DNA of 44,830 nucleotides, taken from contig JALUUZ010000258.1 of assembly GCA_027021095.1 (NCBI GenBank), positions 1 through 44,830 of the forward strand, in the 5' to 3' direction. Below are positions 36,601 through 44,830 of the stretch, piece after piece. How positions within the stretch are numbered: the first letter of the stretch is position 1; each line of letters opens with the position of its first letter. The DNA comes from Gammaproteobacteria bacterium. GTDB lineage: Bacteria > Pseudomonadota > Gammaproteobacteria > SZUA-21. Below the pieces are notes generated by a model. It had not been told where the DNA came from. It worked only from the letters and a program-made list of their open reading frames with translations, and searched no databases. The position numbers and the translations under genes were made by a program.

Positions 36601-38351
36601 TCGATGGCAACGATGTCAAGCTCGGTGGGTTTGCCAGCATGCTGTCGCTGTCGAGCCGCAAGGTCTATACCTATACCGGCAGCAGCAACAACCTGACCGA
36701 TGCCAGCAACAAGCTGGATGAGAACAATTCGGCGATTACCTTGGCGATGCTGGGGATTTCGTCACAGACCTCGGCATACCGAGACAGCCTGCTGAAATGG
36801 GCGCGGGGTGTCGATATCAAGGATTATGACAACGACGGTGACACCACCGAGATCCGCAAGCAGATCGGTGACCCGTTGCATTCGCGGCCTATCGTCGTGA
36901 CTTATGGCGGTACCGATGCCAGCCCGGATACCACGATCTATGTGGCGACCAACGAAGGTTTTCTGTATGCCGTGGATGGGGAAACGGGACAGGAACAGTT
37001 TGCGTTTATCCCGCAGGAACTGTTGCCGAACCTGGATACCTTCTACCAGAATACCACGTCGGCAACACGTCCTTACGGCCTGGACGGTGCCATTACCACC
37101 TATGTCAAGGACGTCGACGGTGACAACCAGATCGAGCCGCTGGACGGTGACAAGGTCTATGTGTTCGTCGGCATGCGGCGCGGCGGACGTAACTATTACG
37201 CGCTGGATGTCACCGACCGTAACAATCCAAAACTGTTGTGGACCATCAAAGGCGGCGTGACCAGCGGTTTTGCCGAACTGGGCCAGACCTGGTCGGCGGC
37301 GACCGTCACCAAGGTCCAGATAGGCAACACCGCGGCCAAGGACGTGTTGATCTTTGCCGGGGGTTACGACCCGGACCAGGATGCCTATGTCACGCGCACC
37401 GCGGATACACAGGGCCGGGCGATCTACATGGTGGATCTGCAGACCGGGTCCCTGTTGTGGTCAGGCGGATTGAGTGGCGCCGGGCATGACGAGGTGTTTT
37501 CGTCGATGATCTACAGTATCCCGTCCGATATCCGTGTACTCGATGTAAATGGGGACGGACTGGCCGACCAGATGTGGGTTGGTGACATGGGCGGCCAGAT
37601 CTGGCGCTTCGATATCGCCAACGGCCAGAACGCCAATTCGCTGGTGACCGGCGGGGTCGTAGCCGATTTTTCCGGTACCACGGCGGCCGACAACCGGCGT
37701 TTCTACTATTCGCCGGATGTGTCCTTGATCAAGAAAAACAATGCACTGGTGCTGAACATCGCGATCGGCTCGGGCTGGCGTGCGCACCCGCTCGATACCG
37801 TGGTGCAGGACCGGTTCTATTCGTTTACCAGCACCGATGTCTATTCGGCGCCGTCGAGCTATACGACGATCACCGAGTCGAATTTGCATGATGCGACAGC
37901 CAACCTGATCGGCCAGGGTACTTCGAGCGAGCAGAGCAGCGCGCAGGCCGACCTGGCTTCGAAGTCGGGATGGTTTATCAAGCTCGAGGGTACTGGCGAG
38001 AAAGCCCTGTCGCAGAGTGTGACGATCAACAACCAGATTCTTTTCACCACGTACCTGCCGACCGGGTCCGTGTCCGGCTGCCAGGCAGCGCAGGGTGCCG
38101 GGCGCAGTTACCTGGTGAACATCGCGGATGCGACACCGGTGCTCAACCTGGATACGCTTGGCAGCAATACCAGTCTGACCAAGACCGACCGCTATGTCAG
38201 CCTGTCACGTGGCGGTATTCCGCCGACACCCACACCGTTTTTTCCGGACAATGGTTCGAGCCCGATCGTGCTGATCGGTCCGGAAAAGGGTCCGCTGGTG
38301 AACTTCGGTGAGCTGACCGGGCGCACCTACTGGTATGAAAAGAGCTATTGA
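33651..38351 (+). CDS. pilY1: PilY1-like pilus tip adhesin: split vWA domain, three inserted repeat modules, C-terminal PilY1 beta-propeller
   Basis: Signal peptide. vWA MIDAS LDTSGSM (33804-33824), continued by STPIVGAL and LLSDGSPT about 600 aa later. The C-terminal region has Ca-site-like DVNGDGLADQMWVGD and DYDNDGDTTE. Occupies the operon position between pilX and pilE. Confidence 0.9.
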   Translation: MSRTAMRKTKGFLLGIVCSLMAGMPAYADDTEIFFGGTNANSGVKPNLLFILDTSGSMTSKDGGTTTRLDRMKDALKSILTSVNNVNVGLMRFSSPGGPVLYPVSFIDEDACKIENCATPTIQVSIASSADDAEENSTGVVDLTSKDLELMEDKQYAYAPGSEQTIEVSINKSENDVEEYASGSIGKYSSDLEVLYDWVADQTVGLRFENLNIPAGAIITNAELEMQVDETGYGKVSVEIYVEDNDSPAAFSYSTNDVSNRPVVSGLKVNWDELPNKDVGYKVRSPNLKDLIQNLVNRGSWSASSKTAVLIIKKKAGTVIDVNNRRVFESYDGSYAPKLRITYISGATSGNSAQQTVGLRFQNVKIPQGAVITGAYLEFESDQTNSEATNVTVVAQKVVDAPAFTSTNNDITNRLTTVTTAVTTTMAPWTLPDTRYQTADIKAVVQEVVNQSGWCGGNSIVFIATGTGIRNAKSYDGSSAGAPILKVTYDTSGLTAGQGCIAQTLTTQVSQGSDDGEERATNGSMNLSSSDLELVKDGINDQIIGLRFRGLKIPQGATVQSASLQFEIDETPSSQNITLNIYGQAHDDAPPFTVSSGDISGRTKTSASVTWAITVTPGVNQKLDSPDITAIIQEIVNRPGWASGNDLVIIIERQSGGGKRVVESYDGEPSAAAKLTINAKWNAGDTTQGPLVTVRSRLIETVDAMQYKGSTPIVGALYEAALYFQGLPVDHGTHRGTPGHSRREYTRVSHPGTYTGGTVVRDPGCTDEDLNNVACRTEVINGNPVYKSPITASCQQNYIILLSDGSPTYNQSEAKIKAMTGITSCADSWSAACGPEFTKWMFENDLSTTLPDKQNIVTYTIGFNFTGSWLQKLATDGGGQYYTASSAADLTNVFNNIIASILKVDTTFVSPGAAVNQFNRLTHRDEIYFSLFKPDDQPYWAGNLKRYKVDGSPAIVQDANSVAAVDPVTGFFKDAAKSFWSSIVDGNDVKLGGFASMLSLSSRKVYTYTGSSNNLTDASNKLDENNSAITLAMLGISSQTSAYRDSLLKWARGVDIKDYDNDGDTTEIRKQIGDPLHSRPIVVTYGGTDASPDTTIYVATNEGFLYAVDGETGQEQFAFIPQELLPNLDTFYQNTTSATRPYGLDGAITTYVKDVDGDNQIEPLDGDKVYVFVGMRRGGRNYYALDVTDRNNPKLLWTIKGGVTSGFAELGQTWSAATVTKVQIGNTAAKDVLIFAGGYDPDQDAYVTRTADTQGRAIYMVDLQTGSLLWSGGLSGAGHDEVFSSMIYSIPSDIRVLDVNGDGLADQMWVGDMGGQIWRFDIANGQNANSLVTGGVVADFSGTTAADNRRFYYSPDVSLIKKNNALVLNIAIGSGWRAHPLDTVVQDRFYSFTSTDVYSAPSSYTTITESNLHDATANLIGQGTSSEQSSAQADLASKSGWFIKLEGTGEKALSQSVTINNQILFTTYLPTGSVSGCQAAQGAGRSYLVNIADATPVLNLDTLGSNTSLTKTDRYVSLSRGGIPPTPTPFFPDNGSSPIVLIGPEKGPLVNFGELTGRTYWYEKSY

Positions 38352-38379
38352 TCACGGAACAACGAGGGAGGTAATCGTC

Positions 38380-38754
38380 GTGAAGACACAACAAGGTTTT
38401 ACACTGATCGAGCTGATGATCGTGGTAGGCATCATCGCGCTGGTCTCGGTGATCGGCTATCCGGTCTACAAGGAGCAGACACAAAAAGCACGGCGGTCCG
38501 ATGCCAAGGTAGCGCTGGTGGATGCGGCACAGACATTGGAACGCTGCCGTACCAACAGCAATACCTACGTCGGTTGTACCTTCAATGGGACTTCGCCCGA
38601 AGGCTATTACACGATCACCGCGCCGACGCTGACTGCCAGTACTTATACGCTGACGGCAACGGCGACCGGCAGCCAGGCCGGTGACACAAGCTGTGCAACC
38701 TTCTCGTTGACGCATACCGGATCGAAAACCGCCACCTCGAGCAACTGCTGGTAG
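38380..38754 (+). CDS. pilE: Type IV pilin-like protein PilE
   Basis: GTG at 38380 after GAGGGAGG. VKTQQG/FTLIELMIVVGIIALV. C-terminal Cys...Cys disulfide loop (SCATFSLTHTGSKTATSSNC). Confidence 0.85.
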   Translation: MKTQQGFTLIELMIVVGIIALVSVIGYPVYKEQTQKARRSDAKVALVDAAQTLERCRTNSNTYVGCTFNGTSPEGYYTITAPTLTASTYTLTATATGSQAGDTSCATFSLTHTGSKTATSSNCW

Positions 38755-38781
38755 GCTGGCAGCCATCCGGGGTATCGCCGG

Positions 38782-41343
38782 TCAAGACTCGGCTTGTTCT
38801 TCGCACGGGTGATAAACGCCGGACTGCAGCGGCAGTCCGGTCAGCATAGTAGGGCGGCACAGGTAATCACCCTGCGCGTTGTCGGTTCCCATCGTTTCGA
38901 CCCGCTGCAATGTCTGTAGATCATCGATTCCGGCAGCGGTCACCTGGAGACCGATATTGTGTGCAAGGTCGATCATGGAATGCACGATAACGGCCTTTTC
39001 CTCGTCCGTATGGATACCGTCGGTAAGTTCACTGTCTAGCTTGAGACAGGAAAGCGGAGTGCGTTTCAGCAGCACGATCGATGACAGTCCGGTACCGAAG
39101 TGGTCGACCGAGAGTCTTACGCCAAGCGCGTGCAGTGCGTCAAGGTGTTCGGCTATACGCCGGTTGGCAGAAACCAAGGCTGATTCAGGTATCTCCAGCA
39201 TCAGCCGAGCCGCGTCGATCCCGGCTTCCTGCAGGGCATTGCGCACCAGTGTGCTGAAGTCCGGCTGTTTCAGGTTGACGGTCGAAACATCGATGCTGAG
39301 ATAGAAGTCGGCGCCCAGCGTCGAACGCTGCTTGGCGATCGATCGCAGCGCGTTGGTCAGCACCCACTGTATCAGTTCCTGGGCGCAGCCTTGGTGTTCG
39401 GCCATCGTGGTGATGTCTTCCGGCGCTATGTGTCCCTGCTGCTGAGGCTGCCAGCCTAATAGGACTTCGGCTCCTGCGATCGTGTTCGTGTGCAGGGCGA
39501 TGATCGGCTGGTACAACAGCTGCAGACGGCCGGCTGCGATCGCCGTACGCAGGTCGGCCGCCATGCTGTTTTGTTCTGCACTGTGGCGGTTGGTTGAGTG
39601 ACTGTGGTAGACATAGCAGGCCTGGTGTCTGCGCTTGGCGATATACATCGCTACGTCGGCCGCCTTGAGCAGGGACGAGGTGTCGTGCGCATGTTGTGGA
39701 AAGAGGGCGATCCCGATGCTGGCGCCGATATGCAGCGAATGATTGTCGACGATGTAAGCGTTGGCGATCGCGCGTGCGATTTTTTCTGCGGTCAGCACGG
39801 CTTCGTTGCGGTCGGCGTGCGGCAGCAGTACGGCGAATTCGTCACCGCCGAGACGGGCGACGATGTCGTCGGCCGATAACAGGTTCTTGATTCGCGCTGC
39901 GGCCTGTTCGAGCACCAGGTCTCCGGTATGGTGTCCCAACGAATCATTGACCTCTTTGAATTCATTCAGGTCGAGTACCAGGACAGCGAGCCTGGTCGAG
40001 GTGTCGGCCTGCCTGATCAGCCGTTCGATACTGTTTTCCAACAGCGCACGGTTGGGCAGCTGGGTCAGCGTATCGTGCAGGGCTTGGTGTTCCAGCATCG
40101 ATTCGCGGACGCGTATCTGGTTGCGCATAAAGGAGAAGGCGTTGACCAGGCTTTGTGTTTCCGAAAAACTGGCCACAGGCAGCCGGTCGGTGTGTTTGCC
40201 GACGGCCTCGGCATTCAGGGCCTGGGTGATCTGGGCGACCGGCTGCAGAACCCTGGAGTCGAAATAGCGGTAGGCAATGATAATCACGACCAGCCCCAGC
40301 GCGGTCAGCACCCAGAGTGTGACGATAATCTCATTCGCGGTCTGACTGACACTGGCGAGACTTGTTTTCGACAGCTTGTCGATGACAGTGACCAGGTGCT
40401 GCAGACGCCTGTCGATCCGCATTTTCAGCGGTTGCAGTTTGTTCGCACGGATGATCTGGTCACGACGCCAGTACCTGTCCGAATTGAGCTTTTTGACCTG
40501 CTGGTAGTAGCGGCTCCACCTGGCGGCGGCAGCAGCCATCTGCCGCAGCGAACTCCTGAGGTCGAGTCCGAGGTAGCGGGCGTTTTTCTCCAGTCCGCTT
40601 TCAAGCAGCATTTTTTTAATCAAGCCGTCTACCGCTTCCTGGTAGGCTTCGCTGTTGGCCAGTTGTGTTCTGGAGGACAGACTGGGAGCCATCGAGCTCA
40701 GGCGGATCACGAGGTACATGCGAAAATGTCCGACCGCCTGCAGCCAGTAGCTGCGTGCCAGGCTGAGGTTCCTGTGAAACAGGTCGTTGGCAGTGTGATG
40801 GGACTCGGATTCCAGCTCGGCCAATGCCTTGTTGACAGCACTGAGAAATTGTTGATGTGCGGGCAGCATTCTGGTGTGTGCATGAAAAATGCCCGGATAC
40901 TGGCGGCTGATGCTCAGCGGTAGTGCAATGAGCCGCAAGGTATGGCGGTTGAGTGCCAGCAGGTCCTGTTCCAGCAGTTGTATCTGGCGCGCTGTGTCGC
41001 TGTTCCAGTGGGCGTTCTTCAGGGCTGCCAGCGAAGCGCTGATGAGTGCAAATTGCCTGTTCCATTTACCGATGGACTTTGCCGAGGGCTTGAGCAGGTG
41101 ACTGTCGATGAGCGTGTCACCGTTCGCCAGCGCCAATTGCAGCACGGTGATCTGGTGCAGCCGGTTACTTTGTTTTTCCAGTGCCCGTGCGCTTTGCTGC
41201 GATTTGAATGAGACATACAGCTGTAACGAGAGCGCACAACTCAACAGGACAAAGGTGATCAGAAACGCAATGTGAAGATAACGACTACGTAGCGTCTTTT
41301 TCCCTGTTACTGTGTCCAGTCTGCTGGAACTAAGAAACAACAT
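38782..41343 (-). CDS. Membrane sensor GGDEF-EAL protein (diguanylate cyclase domain intact, EAL domain apparently degenerate)
   Basis: RLGGDEFAVLL GGDEF motif. EAL domain with EVLLGWQ, LEIPES and DHFGTG. N-terminal region of about 370 aa with two TM segments. ATG at 41343 chosen (TTG at 41355 is possible). Confidence 0.9.
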   Translation of the reverse strand: MLFLSSSRLDTVTGKKTLRSRYLHIAFLITFVLLSCALSLQLYVSFKSQQSARALEKQSNRLHQITVLQLALANGDTLIDSHLLKPSAKSIGKWNRQFALISASLAALKNAHWNSDTARQIQLLEQDLLALNRHTLRLIALPLSISRQYPGIFHAHTRMLPAHQQFLSAVNKALAELESESHHTANDLFHRNLSLARSYWLQAVGHFRMYLVIRLSSMAPSLSSRTQLANSEAYQEAVDGLIKKMLLESGLEKNARYLGLDLRSSLRQMAAAAARWSRYYQQVKKLNSDRYWRRDQIIRANKLQPLKMRIDRRLQHLVTVIDKLSKTSLASVSQTANEIIVTLWVLTALGLVVIIIAYRYFDSRVLQPVAQITQALNAEAVGKHTDRLPVASFSETQSLVNAFSFMRNQIRVRESMLEHQALHDTLTQLPNRALLENSIERLIRQADTSTRLAVLVLDLNEFKEVNDSLGHHTGDLVLEQAAARIKNLLSADDIVARLGGDEFAVLLPHADRNEAVLTAEKIARAIANAYIVDNHSLHIGASIGIALFPQHAHDTSSLLKAADVAMYIAKRRHQACYVYHSHSTNRHSAEQNSMAADLRTAIAAGRLQLLYQPIIALHTNTIAGAEVLLGWQPQQQGHIAPEDITTMAEHQGCAQELIQWVLTNALRSIAKQRSTLGADFYLSIDVSTVNLKQPDFSTLVRNALQEAGIDAARLMLEIPESALVSANRRIAEHLDALHALGVRLSVDHFGTGLSSIVLLKRTPLSCLKLDSELTDGIHTDEEKAVIVHSMIDLAHNIGLQVTAAGIDDLQTLQRVETMGTDNAQGDYLCRPTMLTGLPLQSGVYHPCEEQAES

Positions 41344-41691
41344 ATTGATTCTCAATAAAAAACATACAAACAGGCAGTACCCGGTCGATTACTTGTCTGT
41401 TTTAGATGAGACGCTTGGTCAAAATTCAGCGACCTGGTACAGTGACTGTGCCGGTTGCTTGAAGAGTCCCTGGTTTAGCGTTTTTTCAGTGTTTTTGTCA
41501 AAACCTTTTGATGCAGGCCCGATTCAAGGCTTCTTTATGCAGTATAGATCAGTTCTGCCAGTATTAAAGGGGAAATAGGCGTATGGCGCAGTCCGGGCTG
41601 CAGCCGGAAAGTAAACGGAAAACAGTCGTTTAGCTTGATCGTCTACACGGAATTTGTGGTCAGTGATCGAAAACACTGACTGGTTCACATT

Positions 41692-42906
41692 TCAGAAGTA
41701 CTTGATGAATTCGATCTGCAGCATATCGTCGTTGCGGAGCGAGTAGAGCGGACTTGCCGGGCCGGCATTGGAACTGATCCGGGCTTCCACCGCGAGCTTG
41801 TAGGACTGGCCTATGCGCCGGCTGAATTCGACGAAATAGGCACGTTCGCTGGTGCCGGTATCGAGCACGATACCGCCAAGCAGCTGGGTCGACGCGACAT
41901 CGTTGAACGTCAGCCGTGCACCGAACATCACGTCACTGTCGAACGGGGTCTTGGTCGGGTCATCACGGTCGTCGTAGAGGTATTCGACGAGTAAGCCAAG
42001 GTCCGCACGGGTCTTGAAAACGCCGGTCCTGGTATATTCAAAACCGCCGGTCAACGCAGTATAGGGAGTCACCGCGTAGGTCGATCCTTTGTCACGCCGG
42101 TGAATGACTTCGAGTTTCCACAGCCAGCTTCCCTTGGTCAGCTGCAGATCGAGCCCGGTCTGGTTCATCTGTTTATAGAACGGGATCAGCACCGCTTCAC
42201 CGCTGGCGTTGGTTCCCGCGACGAAATCGGGAATGCGGCTGGTGCCGTTGAAATGTGACAGGCCGATGTCCCAGGGGCCGATGGTTTTAAACCAGCGTAC
42301 CGCGTAGTCGATATTGTTTTGCCCGTCTTTCGATTCGTACAAGGGCCGTGTCGTATCCACCAGTGGAATGGTGCGCAGCCTGCCGCGGTAGCCTGGAAAG
42401 GTACGTTCACGGAAATAAGGCAGTACGAACAGGCTCGTGGTTCCCCATTTGCGTTTCAGGATCAGGTTCAACATCGGCTGACCGAGTTTTTCCTCGCCGT
42501 CCGGTGCCTCGACCGCATCGGTCTGGTTGATGATGTCCACCAGGTGCTGGGTCTCGGTCACCCCCCAGAACACCTTGCTGATCCCGAGTTTGAGCTCCCA
42601 GGTCTTGGCAACCTTGTGAAACATCAGTTCGCGGATGTCCCGGTGACTGCGTTGCTTGTCATGCTGATCGAGGCGAATAAACGGCCGGAAGGTCACTGAC
42701 CAGCTCTTGGAGAATTTCCGGTAGAACTCGGGCTTCAGATAAAGTGACAGGTTATCGCCTTTCTGGCGTGAATCTGCCGGGCTGTCCCGAAACAGCCTGG
42801 CTTCGAGTCCCATTTCGCCGGCGATCTGTGTCTTGCCGGCCCGGGCAGCGGAAAAACTCCATGCCAGCAGCAACAGGAGGCAAAGCAGCGCAGCGTGCCT
42901 GTACAT
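41692..42906 (-). CDS. Putative outer-membrane beta-barrel protein
   Basis: Signal peptide MYRHAALLCLLLLLAWSFSAARA, alternating beta-strand pattern, terminal ...IEFIKYF (aromatic C-terminus typical of OMPs). Last gene of a 3-gene operon. Confidence 0.6.
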   Translation of the reverse strand: MYRHAALLCLLLLLAWSFSAARAGKTQIAGEMGLEARLFRDSPADSRQKGDNLSLYLKPEFYRKFSKSWSVTFRPFIRLDQHDKQRSHRDIRELMFHKVAKTWELKLGISKVFWGVTETQHLVDIINQTDAVEAPDGEEKLGQPMLNLILKRKWGTTSLFVLPYFRERTFPGYRGRLRTIPLVDTTRPLYESKDGQNNIDYAVRWFKTIGPWDIGLSHFNGTSRIPDFVAGTNASGEAVLIPFYKQMNQTGLDLQLTKGSWLWKLEVIHRRDKGSTYAVTPYTALTGGFEYTRTGVFKTRADLGLLVEYLYDDRDDPTKTPFDSDVMFGARLTFNDVASTQLLGGIVLDTGTSERAYFVEFSRRIGQSYKLAVEARISSNAGPASPLYSLRNDDMLQIEFIKYF

Positions 42907-42918
42907 CGGGGATGATTC

Positions 42919-43701
42919 CTAACGCGCCCGCCGCAGCGCATTGAGATCGAAGTCACTGTCATCGAAGCCGTTGCCGAACTTGTAATTTTTGTACAGCAAC
43001 ACGGTCGATTTCCCGGTCTGGTGATTGACCATCTCCATTTTGTCGGCACGGTAATATTTGCCCAGGTATTTCCGGTAACCGCTGAATGTCAGCGTCTTCA
43101 GCAGCGCGTCCTTGCGGTCGTAGTAATCGATCTTGACGACCCGGTAGGTTTTCTTGTTGTACCAGGCAATCATTTTATTGTACCCCGAATATTTGTAGGT
43201 CGGGGTCAGTTCCAGTTTATAGCAGTCGATGCCGTTGACCTTTTCGTCGCCGAGGTACTTGTACTCGTATTTGTCCAATTCCTGAGAGGCCACGTCCTCG
43301 TAGGCGAATTCGCTGCCCATAAAAGGGCCGGACTTGTTGTTCGACGAGATCCGTTTGACCCGTTTCAGTGAGTTCAGATACAGCCACTGGTCGTCCGGCC
43401 GGTTGACATGCGTGTAACTGAGAAACTTGGTGCCCTTGAGATCACGCGGTGCATCGAACACGATCAGGGTTTTGTCGCCGTCACCCGGTACTTCCATGGT
43501 CTTGTTGCGGATCTTGCGGGTGACTTCGCGCTTCTGCCTGTCTCTGAGGATCATGACCAGCGTTGAGGTGGAGTCCTTCCAGCCGTTGTCGAGTGTATCG
43601 GACTTTTTGGCGATTTCGTATCCTTTCTTGTCCGCCAGGACCGGGTTGACCAGGGCTGTGGTCAACAAGACGAACAGGAGCAGTTCAGCTTGGATTTTCA
43701 T
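42919..43701 (-). CDS. Outer-membrane lipoprotein-sorting (LolA-like, PF17131-type) protein
   Basis: MKIQAELLLFVLLTTALVNPVLA signal. DQWLYLNSLKRVKRISSNNKSGPFMGSEFAYEDV is characteristic of this family. ATG at 43701 with GAGGGA RBS. Confidence 0.8.
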   Translation of the reverse strand: MKIQAELLLFVLLTTALVNPVLADKKGYEIAKKSDTLDNGWKDSTSTLVMILRDRQKREVTRKIRNKTMEVPGDGDKTLIVFDAPRDLKGTKFLSYTHVNRPDDQWLYLNSLKRVKRISSNNKSGPFMGSEFAYEDVASQELDKYEYKYLGDEKVNGIDCYKLELTPTYKYSGYNKMIAWYNKKTYRVVKIDYYDRKDALLKTLTFSGYRKYLGKYYRADKMEMVNHQTGKSTVLLYKNYKFGNGFDDSDFDLNALRRAR

Positions 43702-44830
43702 TTTTGTTTCCCTCAAACAGCATGAGTAGAGTGGGTAAGAACAAAAAGTCTGCCAGCAGTGCAAGGCCGATGACAATGGCGGTCAACAGGCCCATGTCAG
43801 CGTTCAGCTTGAAGGCCGACAAGGCTAGTATAAGGAAACCAGCCGTCAATACAATAGAAGTCGTGATCAGCGCATAGCCTACACTGTGAAACGCGTAACG
43901 GATCGAGTCGGCCGCACTCGCCCCCTGTTCACGGCGTGCACGCAGGTACTTGCTTAGAAAATGGACCGTATCATCGACCACGATGCCAAGGGTCATGCCG
44001 GAGACCACCGACAGTGCCAGGCCGACCTGGCCGCTGAAGATTCCCCAGATGCCAAAGCCCATGGCGGCCGGGATCAGGTTCGGTACCATGCTGAGCAGCC
44101 CTATCTTCAGCGAACGGAACGCGAAGACGAGGATCATCGAGATCAGGATCAGTGCGATCGTCGTGCCTTCCAGCATGCTGACGATGTTGCGCCGGCTGGT
44201 ATGTGAGAACATCATCGTCGGCCCGGTGCCTTCGGCCTTGACGATCAGCTTGGCGTTTTGCTTCAGCCAGTTCTGGACCCGTTGTTCGAAGCGGATCATC
44301 TGCTTGGTCGACATGGTGACCGTGTTCAATGTCACCCGCGTGGTCTGGTAGCCTATGTCCACTTGGTTTTTCGGGTCGAACCCGGCCGGTACCGAATTTT
44401 CATACATAAACATGTATTCGGCCGCCATGCCTTCGGTATCCGGTAGTTTGTACCACTTCGGATCGTCGTTGTGCATACTCTTGTTGATCCGTTTCAGCGT
44501 GTCGAGAAAGGTAAAGACATGCAGTACTTCTTTCTGTTTCCGCAGCCAGTCGACGAAGCGCTCCACCTCGCGCAGGTATGCCGGGTTTTTCAGGCCGCCG
44601 GGTTTTCCGGAGTCGACGGAGTATTCGATCTGGTACAGGCCGGTCAGGTTTTTCGTGGTGTAGTCCATGTCGTTGCGGATCTGGATCCGCTTGTCGAAGT
44701 ACTCCAGGAAGATGTCATTGAGCTCGTTTTTGGGCACGAAGGAGACCAGGGTAGTGACGAACAGCAGCATCGACCACATGATCGGTTTGCGCCGGCGCAC
44801 GACAAAGGAGGCAAAGCGGTCGATCGGGCC
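43685..44830 (-). CDS. RND-superfamily (MMPL/COG1033-type) exporter, C-terminal half; 5' end outside window
   Basis: The frame is open to the window edge. Second periplasmic loop plus TM7-12 pattern (LLSMVPNLIPAAMGFGIWGIF, GIVVDDTVHFLSKY). Confidence 0.85.
   Translation of the reverse strand, partial: GPIDRFASFVVRRRKPIMWSMLLFVTTLVSFVPKNELNDIFLEYFDKRIQIRNDMDYTTKNLTGLYQIEYSVDSGKPGGLKNPAYLREVERFVDWLRKQKEVLHVFTFLDTLKRINKSMHNDDPKWYKLPDTEGMAAEYMFMYENSVPAGFDPKNQVDIGYQTTRVTLNTVTMSTKQMIRFEQRVQNWLKQNAKLIVKAEGTGPTMMFSHTSRRNIVSMLEGTTIALILISMILVFAFRSLKIGLLSMVPNLIPAAMGFGIWGIFSGQVGLALSVVSGMTLGIVVDDTVHFLSKYLRARREQGASAADSIRYAFHSVGYALITTSIVLTAGFLILALSAFKLNADMGLLTAIVIGLALLADFLFLPTLLMLFEGNKNENPS

Overview
Chromosomal segment of a moderately GC-rich gammaproteobacterium, about 60 features. 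From left to right: (1) A TOMM-type RiPP maturation operon cut by the left edge (ThiF/E1-like partner, YcaO, SagB-type dehydrogenase). (2) A patch of small accessory genes: a secreted His/Lys/Arg-rich protein, an ABM-like protein, rluA, a zinc-ribbon membrane protein, a DnaJ-related protein, a TorD-like remnant, tRNA-Pro(CGG), a HEAT-repeat protein and a Rap1a/Tai4-like periplasmic protein. (3) A housekeeping core: ispB divergent from rplU-rpmA-obg-proB, then rpsT divergent from murJ-ribF-ileS-lspA-fkpB-ispH. As I recall, this is the same neighbourhood as the P. aeruginosa lytB/minor-pilin region. (4) Type IV pilus minor-pilin genes in two sets: an orphan pilV/W/X-like set on the minus strand, and a complete fimT/U-pilV-pilW-pilX-pilY1-pilE operon. 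The two sets are separated by a thiO-like gene and a 5-gene accessory block (Irr-like Fur, GNAT, lipoprotein, membrane SpeE-like, Sel1). (5) A GGDEF-EAL protein and an OMP / LolA-like / RND-exporter trio that runs off the right edge. No CRISPR array, prophage, integrase or recognisable defence system was seen. The most unusual observations are: a modular REP/MITE-like repeat family filling most of the longer intergenic gaps, whose termini supply the TAG stop codons of five flanking genes; a MurJ flippase with an in-frame ~178-aa, 4-TM internal duplication at the hinge between its N- and C-lobes; a 1566-aa PilY1 whose vWA domain is split by about 580 aa of tandem repeat modules; the edge-truncated TOMM cluster with no precursor gene in view; and an AlgR-type box carried on a repeat element upstream of the minor-pilin operon. 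All family assignments rest on by-eye motif recognition. No searches were run.
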